In this document: one piece after another, positions 38,601 to 52,115 of the stretch
Position numbering within the stretch: the first letter of the stretch is position 1
How the letters are laid out: every line of letters begins with the position of its first letter
DNA from: Tubulanus polymorphus
Lineage: Eukaryota > Animalia > Nemertea
Assembly: GCF_964204645.1 (NCBI RefSeq)
Contig: NC_134030.1
Location: 7,358,778-7,422,777 of the forward strand
Direction of reading: 5' to 3'
DNA length: 64,000 nucleotides
The notes under the pieces: generated by a model
The model's input: only the letters and a program-made list of their open reading frames with translations
The model's database searches: none
Told to the model about the DNA's origin: nothing
Program-made: the position numbers and the translations under genes

Positions 38601-40238
38601 GTAACACAAGTATCTTGAGGTGATTTTCTATTTCTGGTTTAATTAGTTCTCAAAGCCGTGTTATGATTTGTCTAATTAAGCTGTCTGGCCAATTAGCACT
38701 GTGACCTTCAGGAGCCGTGTGTATTCGGTAACCAGTTGAGCGCTACATTCAATGTTCAGCATTTTCGAAATTTCATCGGATATCGGATTATAATCGGTAA
38801 GATTTTGACCTTTCGTAGTGCGAGCCGATCGTGTCCACTCCATAGGGTATTAACGATAACTGGACAGGGGTCGCAGCAATGGCCAACGGTATCCGGCTTA
38901 TCGTGATTCGAATGTTGAATTAATGATTTCGCCCCGAGAGAGGAATGGAACTATCTGTCCTGTAACGATTGGACTTGCGCCTTCTCACTCGGTAAACGAT
39001 CGTCTCTCGAATCACGACACAATTAATTAAGACGGCGGCAAGTGCGGAACGCAGTAAGGCGCAACAACGGACAGACGTTTACATCAACGACGGATTTTTA
39101 ATCTCATTCTTGCGATTGTCACCGGGGTAAGTAAGTATGAATATGGACTTGATTTGTTTTGGATGTCTTTAGAATTAAGGAAAGTTACGACGGATTATTG
39201 CCTCGATTACTGGTTAAAACATCTTTAAAACGTGTTTCGTTCTCGGCGGGTGTGGTGGGTTTGTAAGGGAAACCAAATCAAAACAAATCGTACCAAATTT
39301 TCCAACCAAATGAATAACAGGGTCAATCCCTATTTTACTATCTTTAATACATCGATGAAATGATCCTAACTGATTGCTACTGATGATACTATAATACTGT
39401 CCATATAGGTTGGCTGCTCTTTCCTAAAATCAGTCATCAGTTTTTGATCGACAGGAAGTAGAAATTCGGAAAAACCTATCCTTTTTGATTGGAGCACAAA
39501 ACATGGAATGGGTCGCACTAGTTTCGCATCGTTGCTACATATCGTTGAAAAAAATCAACCCAATTCTAACGTGCTTTCATTTCTCTAGCGCAGCGCGTAT
39601 TATAACCGTTTTATTTGCGGATGAAATTTATGAATAGCGTCATTAGTTGCTGTCAATGAATCGTTCGTTTGATTCGCGGTTAATTAATGTGTCGATTCAA
39701 TTTGAAACGACTCACGTACACACACTACGTCAGTGAAAAGCGGTCGACGGCAGTTTTCAAACCATTATCGCCGGGTATAATCTAGTTTAGTCATTCGTTA
39801 GTGTGTTGTTCGGTCGCACCTTTAATGGTATGGCTTTTTTATCGATGATCTTGTTCGACATATTTCAGGGTCTAATGCATAGTTCTTCTGTCTGAGCTAT
39901 CAATCAATCAGTCAATCAGTAATTCATTCGAAATCAGTAGATTATCGATCAGGACCTTGTTGGATTTTCATTAATTTTTTTTATCCTGGGGTTTACTTAA
40001 TTAGTTGACCCCCAGAGCATATATATGAGTTAACCTCGTCAATGAAACCAGTCCCTAGGTTGGGTTACACATGAAAAACATTTGTTGCTGTTAGTCACTT
40101 TGTAGGTAACTAAAAATATCATTTTAATGAAACTTTATGGAAGTATGTGCTTGGCTGGTTTCACTGAAAGGTGAAGTCTCAATGAGTACAGTTTTGGAGG
40201 AGCCAAAGGAGGAGCTGGTGTCAAATCAGTAAACGTGA

Positions 40239-40828
40239 AGACAATTATTACTTGGTAGGTTGACTAGATTTTATTTTGAAAAGTACAAGCTTTCGGTACT
40301 AGTGTATACTAGCTTCATCAGGTTTAGCGGGGGACACTGGGCGGTTTTCTTTGGCGAGTTGGTCGCATAAGAAATCATCTGTAAAGTCGCCTAGTGTGTC
40401 AGGGTCGGCCCTTGAAGTCGGCCGACAGAATCACCTGAATGCAACACGGGGTTCAGTTGCTGGTGACTGAACCGCTTGCGTGTCAGGCTTAGCGATTGTT
40501 TGCCTCGAGTGCCATTAACCGGCCAATGACTGTTCTTCAATGGTTCATGTGATAGCAAAATGGCGGCTAGGTTTTTGGAAGGGTGACGCTAGCGTCTGGT
40601 TATTTCACAACAGCAATGCACTCAATCGGCTGATAGTGTAGTGTGTCAGCTACTCTTGGTGATCAAATCAGTGATAAAATCACCAACAAATGAGTTGGGT
40701 GACTGAACCGCCCATTGTGTCTGAGGCTTTATGACTCATTTACCTGATGAACGTACTATATACTAGTCAAGTGAAAGCTCGTACTTTTTCAAATGAAATC
40801 TAGCTAACCTACGAAGTATTATTTGTCT
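40239..40828. mobile_element. Fold-back Penelope-like element with two hammerhead-type motifs, interrupted by a MITE
   Basis: Arms 40239-40323 and 40742-40828 are inverse copies. Each reads CTGATGA..hairpin..GAAAGCT(C/T)GTAC outward from the centre. Confidence 0.7.
40326..40728. mobile_element. Nested Harbinger-like MITE
   Basis: Termini AGCGGGGGACACTGGGCGGTT / AACCGCCCATTGTGTCTGAGGCT, repeated internal GTGTGTCAG and GGTGACTGAACCGC motifs, and TTT/TTA flanks. Confidence 0.6.
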
Positions 40829-41102
40829 CTATGATTGCTGTTTAGTCTCGCGCACATCCTCGCCAATATTGGATGATGAATTTCTTCGGACCAGCTCAAG
40901 TTCAGCTGGTGGTATCAACTGATTAAACCGATTAAACCGAAATTTCTGTATCAAGTATCGTCATTATTAAACTATATTAAGATGTCAGATATGGCTAGTA
41001 TTACATTGAATGCAGCTGTTTTGTCAGGATTAATTTAAGGCAGGTGCGCGCAGCTGGCTTTAGACAATTGCTTTTCTTCTTTACATTATTAAACAGGTGT
41101 TT

Positions 41103-41107
<5 letters not shown>

Positions 41108-41148
<41 letters not shown>
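41108..41148. repeat. (TA)n microsatellite
   Basis: Read directly from the sequence. Confidence 0.97.
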
Positions 41149-41152
<4 letters not shown>

Positions 41153-41633
41153 TGACGGTTCTTTATCAAATGAAGGAAAAAATAAGATCATTTCTATCCA
41201 TACATGTACAGCATCGTCCCCGTTCGCCGAACTTAAACACTTTGCTCTGCATTGCTGCTCAGTGTCTTCGGAATCTGTTTAAAAGGAGAATTTAGATAAA
41301 AGAAGCCCGACTACTTCGTCGTCGTTGTAATCCCTACGTACGTACCGTGTTCTGAGACGCTGCTATATTTTCATTCCTCTTCTGAACGGTGTGCGTCATG
41401 CAGCTTCAATAAAGCTTGTTGAACGTAAAAATACGTACATGAAAACTTTTTTTTGTAAATGGATTGCAAAAATATTTCTGTCGAATTGAATTCTCGTAGA
41501 ATGAGTGAAGATAATCTAATCAAAATCTCTGTGTGAAATCATGTATCAAATTATCAAACTCAGATTTCCTTCTTCAAAATCATACTGATGGTGAGAATAT
41601 AGAGGTTTTCCTTAGATCTCACCCCATTTGTTT

Positions 41634-41838
41634 AAAAGGCACTTCATGTCACAAATGGCACTATGTTCTCAAAAACTGACACTTTCTGTAAAAGAAAGGC
41701 ACAAACTTGTCGAAAATCTTGAAAAAGGTACTGTACTTCAAAAGCGCACTACCAGATTAGAATGCCCTTTTCTAATTACTTTGCCCTGGAAAACTTTGGT
41801 AAGACTCTCATCGGATCTTGCCCCTGGATCTGCGTTGG
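41634..41838 (+). mobile_element. hAT-like MITE fragment
   Basis: Multiple AAAAGGCAC-type repeats ending in CCCCTGGATCTGCG. Related to 62789-63071, which starts CAGGGTGGATCCAGAGG. Confidence 0.5.
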
Positions 41839-42280
41839 GTTCAATTCATTAACCACCAGTCAAACCAACAGCTTCCACGTTGACATAGATAGCGGCAGCA
41901 GCAAAAGACGACTGCGCAGTGAAATCTATCTGTTGCTTGGAATTGGAAACGGATAATCCATGATCAATTCAATGATGAGAGGACTGTTTAAAAATATTTC
42001 CCATTACCTTTGCGCCGCAGTGGTCGAGAGAGAGAGAGAGAGAGCGCGCAGCGCAATGACGATATTCAAGCCGCAAAAAACCGGTACAAAATCCATACTA
42101 TACACGCAGACAATGGGAGTACAGAATAAAGGTAATCTGCGGTAACAAGATGGTCGAGTTGTCGTCGTAATTAGATCTTTTTAGATCCCGATGTTGCGAT
42201 GTTACACCGCATATCGATTCAATATGTGCAGTTTATTCCCTACAGTATATACCTCCTCCGTGTGTTTTGTATATGAAACA

Positions 42281-42286
<6 letters not shown>

Positions 42287-42378
<92 letters not shown>
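42287..42378. repeat. (TA)n microsatellite
   Basis: Read directly from the sequence. Confidence 0.97.
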
Positions 42379-42379
<1 letters not shown>

Positions 42380-43139
42380 GTACTAAATTCGCTCTACCTA
42401 CATGAATCTGAGATATGCCCATATATGCATAAACTCGTAACTCAATGATAAGTCAAAGGCATTCTTCTATATTCGCTACAGCGACGACTTGTGTTGCGTT
42501 GTTCTACAGTATCCAATCTGATATGATATATACATGTTTTGATTGTCGGCAGATGCGGGGAAGATCTGACGGAATTTGTAGCTATATACCACGGTCTTCC
42601 CAGTGCGTCGTTGATCGACTGAAACAGAAATTTGAGGCAGATTCCAGAAACGCCAACTGTGTATAATTCATTTTTCTTTTTTCGGCGAAATTATTTGAAT
42701 AGGTACGTATTAACGTTCCCGACAGATTTGAACACGACAGATAACGAAAAGTCCGTCGGAGAGAGATGACGGTCTCAACTGATACGGATTAGGTAGATAT
42801 CAGACAAAAAATACCCGATGCCGTTTCATCGAAGCGTAGCTTACGAATATACGGCGGAATCGGGTAAAATCTACACGCTGCGATTGCCGAAGATGGTGAC
42901 AACTTTAATACTGAGCTCAATTAATTTACGCAGTGCGAATAAAGCCGGTAATCCCAGTAGAGATAAACTATATTTATGGCAGACGCGTGAAATTAATTTG
43001 TTCAATTGAACCACTTTCAATCAATAATATATAAAAATTGCTTTATGAGTCTATCAAACTGTGCTAATCCTTACTCTGCCAGTGAAGTCAAGTTACAGAT
43101 ATTTTATGGCCTATCAGACGTGCGTGATAGGAGACCCAT

Positions 43140-43440
43140 GGCCTTAAATTTCAAGCCGTACCTTGAAGGCAGCCAAAATCAGTCCGGCAGTTGGGATTAC
43201 ATCCCTGCAGACGGCGAAGGCTGGTCCAGTGTTTTTGCGGCTGGAATACAGGAAGCTGAAAGAACCAGATCAGAAAGGCTGGAGACCAAGCGCACTAGAA
43301 GAAAGAAAAGGGCAGCAGCGCCTAGGGCGCCTATCACCTTCATGTGCCCAGTACAACCAAACCATTCCAGATTGGCCTCTGTAGTCAGAAGGTGTTCCAT
43401 CACTGCGTCATTGTCCATCTAGACAGAAGGATGCCGACTA
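43140..43440 (+). mobile_element. 3' stub of an RTE-clade (BovB-like) LINE, degenerate
   Basis: Translation SWDYIPADGEGWSSVFAAGIQEAERTRSERLETKRTRRKKRAAAPRAPITFMCP, then in a shifted frame FQIGLCSQ. This parallels the RTE C-terminus (W..LA.DR..WR...G....E..R....KR.RRK.R....F.C..C.R.F...IGL.SH). A short 3' UTR CATTGTC..TAGACAGAAGGATGCC follows. Confidence 0.75.
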
Positions 43441-43869
43441 AATCTCTTCCCTTCCCCACTTCTATACAAAAGATACTTTTTAAACTTGCGCTTCCCGATG
43501 TATACATCCAACTACCTGGAAGATAAAAGACTTAGAAAAGTTATCCATTAAGATTCAACTTAATTTGTAAACAATCGCACATCAAATGGTATCTAAGAAT
43601 GAGCGTGCAACATGTAGGTTAAACGGCTAGAACAGAACGAAGATAGAATATAACCAAGGTCTTACATCTACCACCCCGTTCTGACTAATGGATTCAATGT
43701 ATGGCTATTTGTGTTTTTACGTGGATTTTCTTTTGTCATGTTATACCACATCGGTTCAGTTACTGGTCAACTGCTGCAGTCTGATTGAACTTCGGAGAGT
43801 TCACAATGTACGTATGACAAGTCATCAACATATTCCCCTGTTTGGCCCGACATTATTCTGCAACTTTAT

Positions 43870-44087
43870 AGCCGCGATCACACGGAGACGATTTGGCCTG
43901 GGCCAAATTGGCACCGATCAGGCTCGAGCCAAATTGGCACCGATCAGGAGCGCGCGTTCACACGCAAACCACTCAAATTTGGCTCGGGCATGGTCTGACG
44001 TTTTTGGTCGGGCCAAACAGGCTCGGGCCCATTTGGCACCTGTGTGAACAGTCGTTCCGGGCCAAAAATGCTCGTGTGATCGCGGCT
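43870..44087. mobile_element. Harbinger-like MITE family A, intact termini
   Basis: Perfect 15-bp TIR AGCCGCGATCACACG / CGTGTGATCGCGGCT flanked by TAT on both sides. Confidence 0.88.
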
Positions 44088-47000
44088 TATAGGTTTTAGG
44101 TTCCCTAGAAATGAGTCTTTTTAGGCTTTGAAATTGACACTAGATCTACGAAGCTGCATTGAATCATTTGTTAGACGGGTTTTCAGGGATTCTTGGCTTT
44201 GTGATAACGAATGTCTGATGAGGATTTGTTCTTCTGATTACGACGGTGTCACCTCTGTCAAGCATGCAGGTGAATATTTTTCTCTCATTTTGTTGCTATT
44301 CTCGTATGCAATGCTGGTCTTTCCTTGATATATAGCCTCGCTCAAACAAACGCCAGTCCCTTCTTATTCAGCCTATACCTGAAACAGACACATCAATAGT
44401 GTTCGTTCATATGTTTTTAAATCAGCTGCTATCACTGGTCCAGATAGATGCAACAGAGTGATTAACTGGCAATCAAAGGAAAGTTTCTCAAGTTTCTATT
44501 CGCACACAGACAAATTTGTTCATTCTCAAATTTAAAACTGACCTGGTCTTTTCGGTCGGTATGAATTGGTCTTTTCTAAAATGGAAATTTAGAACGTTCT
44601 CAATAATGTATTTCAAAAATGGGGCTTATATATATTTACCGGTATCAGCTTGCACGCAGCATGTGTTTCGCATAATTTAACATTCTCTTATTCAAGGTCC
44701 AAATATTCATTTTGATTTCGTGTTTTCATAGAAAAAAATGCAGTTCTCATTCAATATTTTCCTGTCAGCACTGAAGTAATGTGAGTTGTATGAACAATCT
44801 TTGCACTATAGTATTCATTTGCACTTCTTAGAAAAGTACTTGTTCAATTTGATGATGCTTGATTTCTCATGATGGGATTTGTTTGCGTAGTTGACATGTT
44901 CAAAATTATTATTATTCAGTTGAGATTCAGAAACAGGACTTTTGCAATAATATAATGATGACACCGCACAAATGGACAATGGTGCCCAAAATTTGCACCA
45001 AGTGCTATTAAGATATTTGTTGTGCATTGGTGGTGGGAGAAATGTTTGAACATAGTATGAAGCAGATAAGTAATTCTTAGCGCCAGGCAGAATCCAGTCT
45101 ACCTCAGTCAGTGGTAGTAAATGGATGATATTGTTGAGTGGACACATATCAACAGTTGATGTTTCGTAATAGACATCGTTCCTATTGTAACAGGAGTCGA
45201 TGATTTGCCTCATTAGTGTTTTATGATGTAAATTTTACATTTATCTCTGGTTGTGCCGTAGTAAAAAAGCCCCATCTGACTGATGATGCCCATTTGATCA
45301 TACATTGGGATAGAAGAGGATATAGATAATTGCCAGAATTTATATGCCACAGTGGCATAGCCATAGGGGTTCGACGGAGCGCCTTTTTGAGGACATTGAA
45401 TGCTAGCTCAATGATGTATAGATACAGCTCGTACGTAACTCATTATGTATATTTATTGGCTGATGTTGGTCTTTGTAACTTGCTTCAAACATCTACCATC
45501 AACTTCGCCAGTTTGAAAATTCCTGCAACTCCTGAAAATTCCCCCTATGCCATAACTGATGACCGTTTTAACTTCCAGAAGATTTTATATTCTAATTTCA
45601 TTGTCTCAAAACACTCAACCCCTGATATTTCCATTAAAATAGAACTTTTTAGAACAGTAAGTGAAAGAGGACACCTGGATCCACTCGTGTTTATTTCAAA
45701 TCTATCAATTTTGTATTACGAAGACTCGTTTTCTCGCCTATTAAATCGACGTCGTCGATATCATTCGTCTGGTATAGATGTAAACGTTTCCTAGCGAATT
45801 CACGCATACGAAACATGAGCCGCCTCCCCGATGATGATCAGGTACCGTGTTGCGAATCCACTAATGACCAGTCTCCTAGTGTGCTTCATGGAAGTGTACA
45901 AACAGCTGCAACCAATTAAATAAACCTTCCCATCTGAGCTTCATGTCGTCTCAAAACATTCAGTTTATCCAACTTGTAGTATTCCAATATATAGATAGAT
46001 CGGATTAGTTTTCACAACATCAAGGCCCCGTGAACATTTTCACCATTGACGTTTCCATCATTGACGGCTTTTGCCTTATTAATGTGTCTTTATCATTGTC
46101 TGCTTTTAGCTTATTGATGTTTGTTAACATTTCATCTGCTTTGACCTTGTTGATTGTAGTTATCATTTTCGTCATTGCCTATTTTCACCTTGCTGATGTT
46201 TGGCTGCTTTTTTATAATGTTTGCTAGCTGCATCAGTCAGTTGGTAAGTGATGCATGTTGTGTCGAGGGATTTGTCAAGTTTATTCTATCACGTGCCGCA
46301 GCCATTATATATCTGAAGGTTTTCGGCAAACTGGGTTGGTCTTGTAAATGGAGCGAATGAAAACGGATCTCGCCTTTGTAAACAACAGGATAAAAACGAA
46401 TCGAAAGTCGACTTACATCAACCGATTAGGCCATGAATGACTGGCGCCGTCTTTTGAACTAGCCGTAAGCGGCATCGTTGTGTCGTAATTCAAGAAAATA
46501 CAGGCGGACAGATCTACGATGATAAATCGTCTATTCACTAGTTGAATGAAAACTCATCATTTCATGTCTCTCGTAGTAGTTATCGTGGTCTTCTGATATG
46601 GCAGCGGCAACTGCCGGTTTCGTCGTTCTTTGGGGCAAAATACAAGTAATAACCATTCCCCGCGTAATATTAGTACACGCGTGCCTGCCTGCGACGACAA
46701 ATGACCATTGGACATCGGAGCTTTCATCTCAGCGATAAACGAACGTAGAAATGAACGATGATAGATGCTGTCGGTACGTCCGCTAATGATGATAGCGTAC
46801 ATATTAGTAAGGGGGTTTACTTCGCCTCATCTCTTGCTGTCTGTCGTCGTCCGTCAATATTATACATTGTTTTATGGCTGAGACAACCTGGCTATATTCA
46901 TTTCACCTGTGACCTTTAGTAGTGAATGCTATGTTGAAAAATAAGCATTTAAGAGCCACATCCCAATACACTTTAAAGAGAATCGAATAGATCAGAAGAG

Positions 47001-50000
47001 CCTTGGATTTGTGATCTAGAATTGTAGTTATATGAAACCGATAGATCTTGATGGATGACTCAAATGAAATGATAATGATAAGGTGGTTAATATTAGTAAT
47101 CTTTGTCCATCGGGGCTTGTGATTTAGGGATGAGAACATTTTACTTGTATTATTAGAAAAAACTTGTCGCCATTAGTCATGTCTCAGAGTCACTAGTCAT
47201 GTCCTAGTGCATGTTGTTGGTAACAGTGTATAGTATTGACTCAGTTAAAACATGTACGGCTCTTCCATTTTCAGCATAATCAGTTGGGATTGAAATTAAA
47301 TGACGAATTGAAACTTAATCTCATTGAACCATTTTCATTGTATGCAATATATGAAACAGCTGTTGCGCTTACTAGCCTAAAGACCTGTCAACCAATGTCT
47401 ATATGAATACAAATATGCACTAGTTGTTTTAATATTACAAAAGCCATAATTGACAGAATAATCAAAACACTAGTGGGGTGTATCAGGTTGTTGGTTTTCA
47501 CTGAATCAAGCTTTATATCCCGCATTTTCATTTGAGGACTGCGTCACTTGTATGCGCAATTTATCATCCATAATGGAATCCCTCAAGACTGGACCAGACC
47601 AACAGTCATAGCCGAGAAGAGTCTGACCAAGACTAATCATCTCCTAGTACCTGACTCTGGAGGAGGTAACCCGGTGCTTTTTCAGGAATAACCTCTGCAA
47701 GGTTTTTTCATCAATCATTTATCCCCTCCCCTGCAACATGCGAGAGGTTGCGGCAAGGTGCAACAGAGAAATGCCGTTCTCTGGGATGGAACTGCTGCGG
47801 AAGTGAAAGTAAATCTCCTTACAAAGGTTTTCTATCGTGTCTGATCCTGTGTGGGCTGAAAGAGCAGCTTATACATGAGTTTTTGACATAGAGTGTTCAC
47901 CTAATTAGAGCAATATATGTCACATATGTGCACTATTCACCTTGAAGTGTTTTTTTGAATTTGGACCCATTTTTAACCACTCAACCTACTGATTTGGCGC
48001 TATGTCGATTGATGCTATGAACTATGTAAGGATCCTAAAACCTAGGCTACTGTCACATGGAGAGTGAGAAATTATAGGTATGCCTGAAACGAATACAGGA
48101 GGTAGCTATACAGGTAAAGAGCTCAGTGTCCATATGGGAATGGTCGATCAGGTTAGGCTTTGTGTAAACAGTTATCGAGATACTCTTCTGATACCTGTTA
48201 AAAAAGAAAATGACGCGGTAGCAAATGATATTGTGGGTCTCGGATGCAAAACTGAATACGGTACATTAATATACAAAGGATTTGTGGATCCATCATATTT
48301 CATGAACTCCTTCGTGTGTGATTAACCCGACCCTGTGTTTCACATGAAAGCACTAGTCGAATCGCATCATCAGCGTTATCTACGTAACGTTATTATCACT
48401 CGCCCGTCCGTCTGTCCGTGTTTGAAAACTGTTTGCCGTTGAACTCCATGGTTCAACGGTGCCATGGACACAATAGAAAACGACCTGCTGCACCATCCCT
48501 CAACCGCATTAGTATCATTATTCTATAGACATCATCAACGGATGCTGTAGAATAACGTGGCTATTATTAATGCAGTTCCAATTAGTCCAATCCTGTGGGT
48601 CTCATAAGACATAAAAGCTCTATGATCTCTGGAAATTGCTTTGATATGGATTTCATCAGTGATGCAGCGCTGCGGACAATGGCGTTTGGTTTTCTCGCTG
48701 TATACAGGATTTACTGTAATTGGGGTCAGCCCTGGTCGCGGAGCGCTTGAGTTTTGGATATGCTTATTGATAATTATCTCTCTCCTGAATTTCTGTGGTC
48801 ATTACGGAGATTGATCTGTATGTATAGCAGAATCAACATGCACTACATAGAATGAAACTTCGATCTACTTGGAGAAAGATTCAATTTCAGTTTTGGTATT
48901 GTCTAGATCCGTGTAGGCCCGTTAGAATATGGTAGAAGTGTTATTTTTTCGGCTGAAATTGTCATTTGGGCCGGTTGTCAAGCATCCAGTCAACTGAATT
49001 AAATCTGGTTTTAAGGTGTTAAACTAGCCAATTGTCGTGTTATCATTCGTTAGGAAATTGATGTGGGTCCCTAAAATGGTACCTAGTCAGCTTCTGACAT
49101 AGCTTATTTCATCCTACCAACAAACCTGTTAGTGATGATTGAGAAAGAAGCACACTGTTATGTGACAGCTATTTCTTCAATCTCCTTCATTTTGAAAAAT
49201 CGACACTGAACTGCGTTTGCATCAGTGTCTTTGGTTTATGGATTTTATCCGATGAATATTGATATTCGCATTTCTCAAACCCATCGCGTAGAATAATAAT
49301 ATCCGAGCGGGTTCTTTTATCTCCAGTTTAAACTCGATTTGAATTTGCATATATTGGACATTTTCCCAGAATCGTGGCTGCCTGCCTTTATATTGTACGT
49401 GTTAAAATGTGCTACAGGGATACGATGATACAATAGAATATGATATTGAGAAACTGAAATAGGGTGCAGAAGTCAATGAGAGGATTAATGGATGGTTTTT
49501 GACAGGAAAAGAGGATAGGGCCAAGGAAAATGAGGCCGAGATAGGTGGCGAAAAGAGGGATACAACAGAAAATGATTGAGTGAGGACTGGTTTTAGGAGA
49601 TGGAAACAGAAAAGCAATTGGCAGAGGGAAAGAACCAAATGTGGTGACACGAGATGGGTTGTGGAGTCATCAATCTTAACATTGAATGCTAAGAAAATTT
49701 TCATAAAAGGAATGTACAGAAATGTAATTGAAATGTTACTTATTTGTCCTGCCTCCTCGGCAATCTATTATTGTGTCTCCTCTATGAAATAAGCAGGGAT
49801 TTGCATTTTTGAGTAGAGGAATAGATCTCAGTCATCCGAGGAGTATATTTGAACAACAGTATCCATTGCACGCAGCATATTTATCCTTGTAGTGCTTAGA
49901 ATAAACACTAGAGGCCTCATCGCAATCGTGTAAGTGGCTGAGAGAAATATTTTATATAAATAATTTGGTTATTTGAACAGGTTGAATAAATGTCAGTAAG

Positions 50001-51462
50001 CAGATAATTAATAATCATACTACACACAGTTTCTGTTGAGTAATGCATATTTAATCAGCTTGATTATGTCACAATAGGTGACGAACTACATCTGGATGTT
50101 ATGGTAGATGGTACCTAGAACTGGCTCGAAATATCTTAATTGAAGTGATTCCTAATGGATAATGGCAATTTCAAATTTCAGTATTTTTAACAATTTGCAA
50201 GCCCTGACTATACACTTATAGGCTAATTACAGTGATCATGTGTTTTGCATTTTTTTTCAACTTATGATAAATATGCCATCTCTATAAAAGATGAAATACA
50301 ATGCATTCTATTTAAGTTGGTTGTTTGTTGAAATAAATCGCATTTATATCAAGTTTGTGTTGTCCAAATGCTATATACAAATTTAATGGTACATCTTTCT
50401 CTGTACATCTTGCTGCCTATCTCAATGTATGGCAACAAATATTTTGGATTCTGCTCTATTGGTCATCATATTGATGGTATATGTGAGCCAAATGATGACA
50501 GTATGTGAAACCAATTAAATCTTAATTAACACACTGCCAGTGACATAAATACCAGATGTGCCTTCATTCATCACTAGATTCCATGAATAAGTAATGGCTT
50601 TGGTGGACCAATGAGAGCTTCCTATCTCTACATTTTTTGCTTTGCTACTTTTTTTTGCTTAGCTAATGTTGGTAATAATGTCAAGAGATAAAATGTCGAA
50701 GGTAATAATGCCACAGGTAAAATGCCACAGGTAAGAGTGCTGGAAGAAATATTTCTAAGAAGTGAATATAATATCCGATAAAAACATGAATATATTAATG
50801 TATTGAAGGAAATATTCATAATTTAGCACAAATTCTCAATTTTTCTTCTGGCAACATTACCTGTGGTATTATGACTGCATCAGTTTCGACACACCCCAAT
50901 CATGATGGTGCCAACGTGGTCAACTAACTTATGGTATTACATACTGACATGACAGTCCATTGATAATAATATAACCTTACGTAATTATTGTATAATCCAA
51001 TTAATGAATGAAATATGCAGGTTGATTGAGATTAGATGCGTTTTTGGTAGAGAGAGATGCCTACAGCTGTTCACAGCTGGTCACTTGACCATATATTGAT
51101 ATTTCTCTTTAGCTAACATTGTTCTTGGGCCTAACAAACAAATATCAGGGTGTATTTACACTTCAGCTTAGTAACTCTCATTAGTAGGGCTCTGGTTGTT
51201 ATCTAGCCCACTACCACCAGTTGGATTCACAAGACTCTCACGCCAATAACTTATTTCCGGTGATAACTGAGTTTGGAATATACTGCTCTAGGGAGTCAAT
51301 GTTTTTCTATGAAATCATCTACTTTGTGCCTAATACGGTAGGCGATGTTGTGAGTATTTCTCTGCTGTTATATCTATGTTACTTACAACACTTGAATTGA
51401 TATTGTGCACTTACTATTGAAACTAATTTTGTCAATGCAAATATTTTTTTGTGGACAATGAA

Positions 51463-51464
<2 letters not shown>

Positions 51465-51507
<43 letters not shown>
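51465..51507. repeat. (TATC)n microsatellite
   Basis: Read directly from the sequence. Confidence 0.95.
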
Positions 51508-51732
51508 ATTTTTAAGATTTAAACAGGGCTTGATCAACATAAAGTGGTGGAAATTGTTTCAATCAATTACCCTCCAAATTGTAATTTATGTGATTTAATT
51601 GTTGATAAATCTTGTTTTCAATTCAGCTTTTGATAATTAGTGTATATCGGTCATCAATAAGTATAACCATAACGGAACGAGTAAAATCCCACAATAAAAG
51701 AATTAGATGATAAAATGTTTATTAAAACATAT

Positions 51733-51774
51733 AAGAAATATTTCGGGTGGTTACTACCACCCTTCTTCAGTCTA
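51733..51774 (-). ncRNA. Minimal type I hammerhead ribozyme-like motif (Penelope-type)
   Basis: Minus strand reads AGA-CUGAAGA-A-GGGUGGU-AGUA-ACCACCC-GAAA-UA-UU-UCU. Core boxes CUGANGA and GAAA are present with a perfect 7-bp stem II, palindromic AUAU stem III and 3-bp stem I; AAUAAA lies just downstream. Confidence 0.65.
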
Positions 51775-52048
51775 AAATGACTTGCCAAATACAGTAATAT
51801 GTAATAGATGAAATCTAAGTGACGGACGCTTTGTCACTGCAGCTTGATTTAATTTTTACGACTAAGATTAAGAAATCATAACGATTCGAAAACAACCTCG
51901 TTCACGGAGTGTAACAAAAACACTCAAAATAATGTCAGTGACTAAAGGAACACCGAGAAAATTAATTGTTGTCAATGAAACTGGAAAGATGAAATGATTG
52001 AAATGCTTGTAAATATATCTTTTCCACATTCAATAAATCATCAATGAT

Positions 52049-52082
52049 ATTATTATTATCATTATTATTATTATTATAATTA

Positions 52083-52115
<33 letters not shown>

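Noticed and set aside
40897-40917. miR-317-like sequence (CAGCTGGTGGTATC)
   Set aside because: Only the 3' part resembles the mature miRNA as I recall it; the seed region does not match and I see no convincing precursor hairpin.
15115-42448. ORFs containing (YI)n runs (15115, 35263, 41044, 42191 etc.)
   Set aside because: They are translations of (TA)n microsatellites.
43006-43422. 138-aa ORF as a host gene
   Set aside because: Its recognisable part is the decayed C-terminus of an RTE LINE with a broken zinc-finger motif and a frameshift.
45330-45794. 154-aa ORF, along with 302-727, 24170-24619 and 44815-45213
   Set aside because: Three of the four have non-ATG starts, none has a recognisable domain, and 302-727 runs through a MITE.
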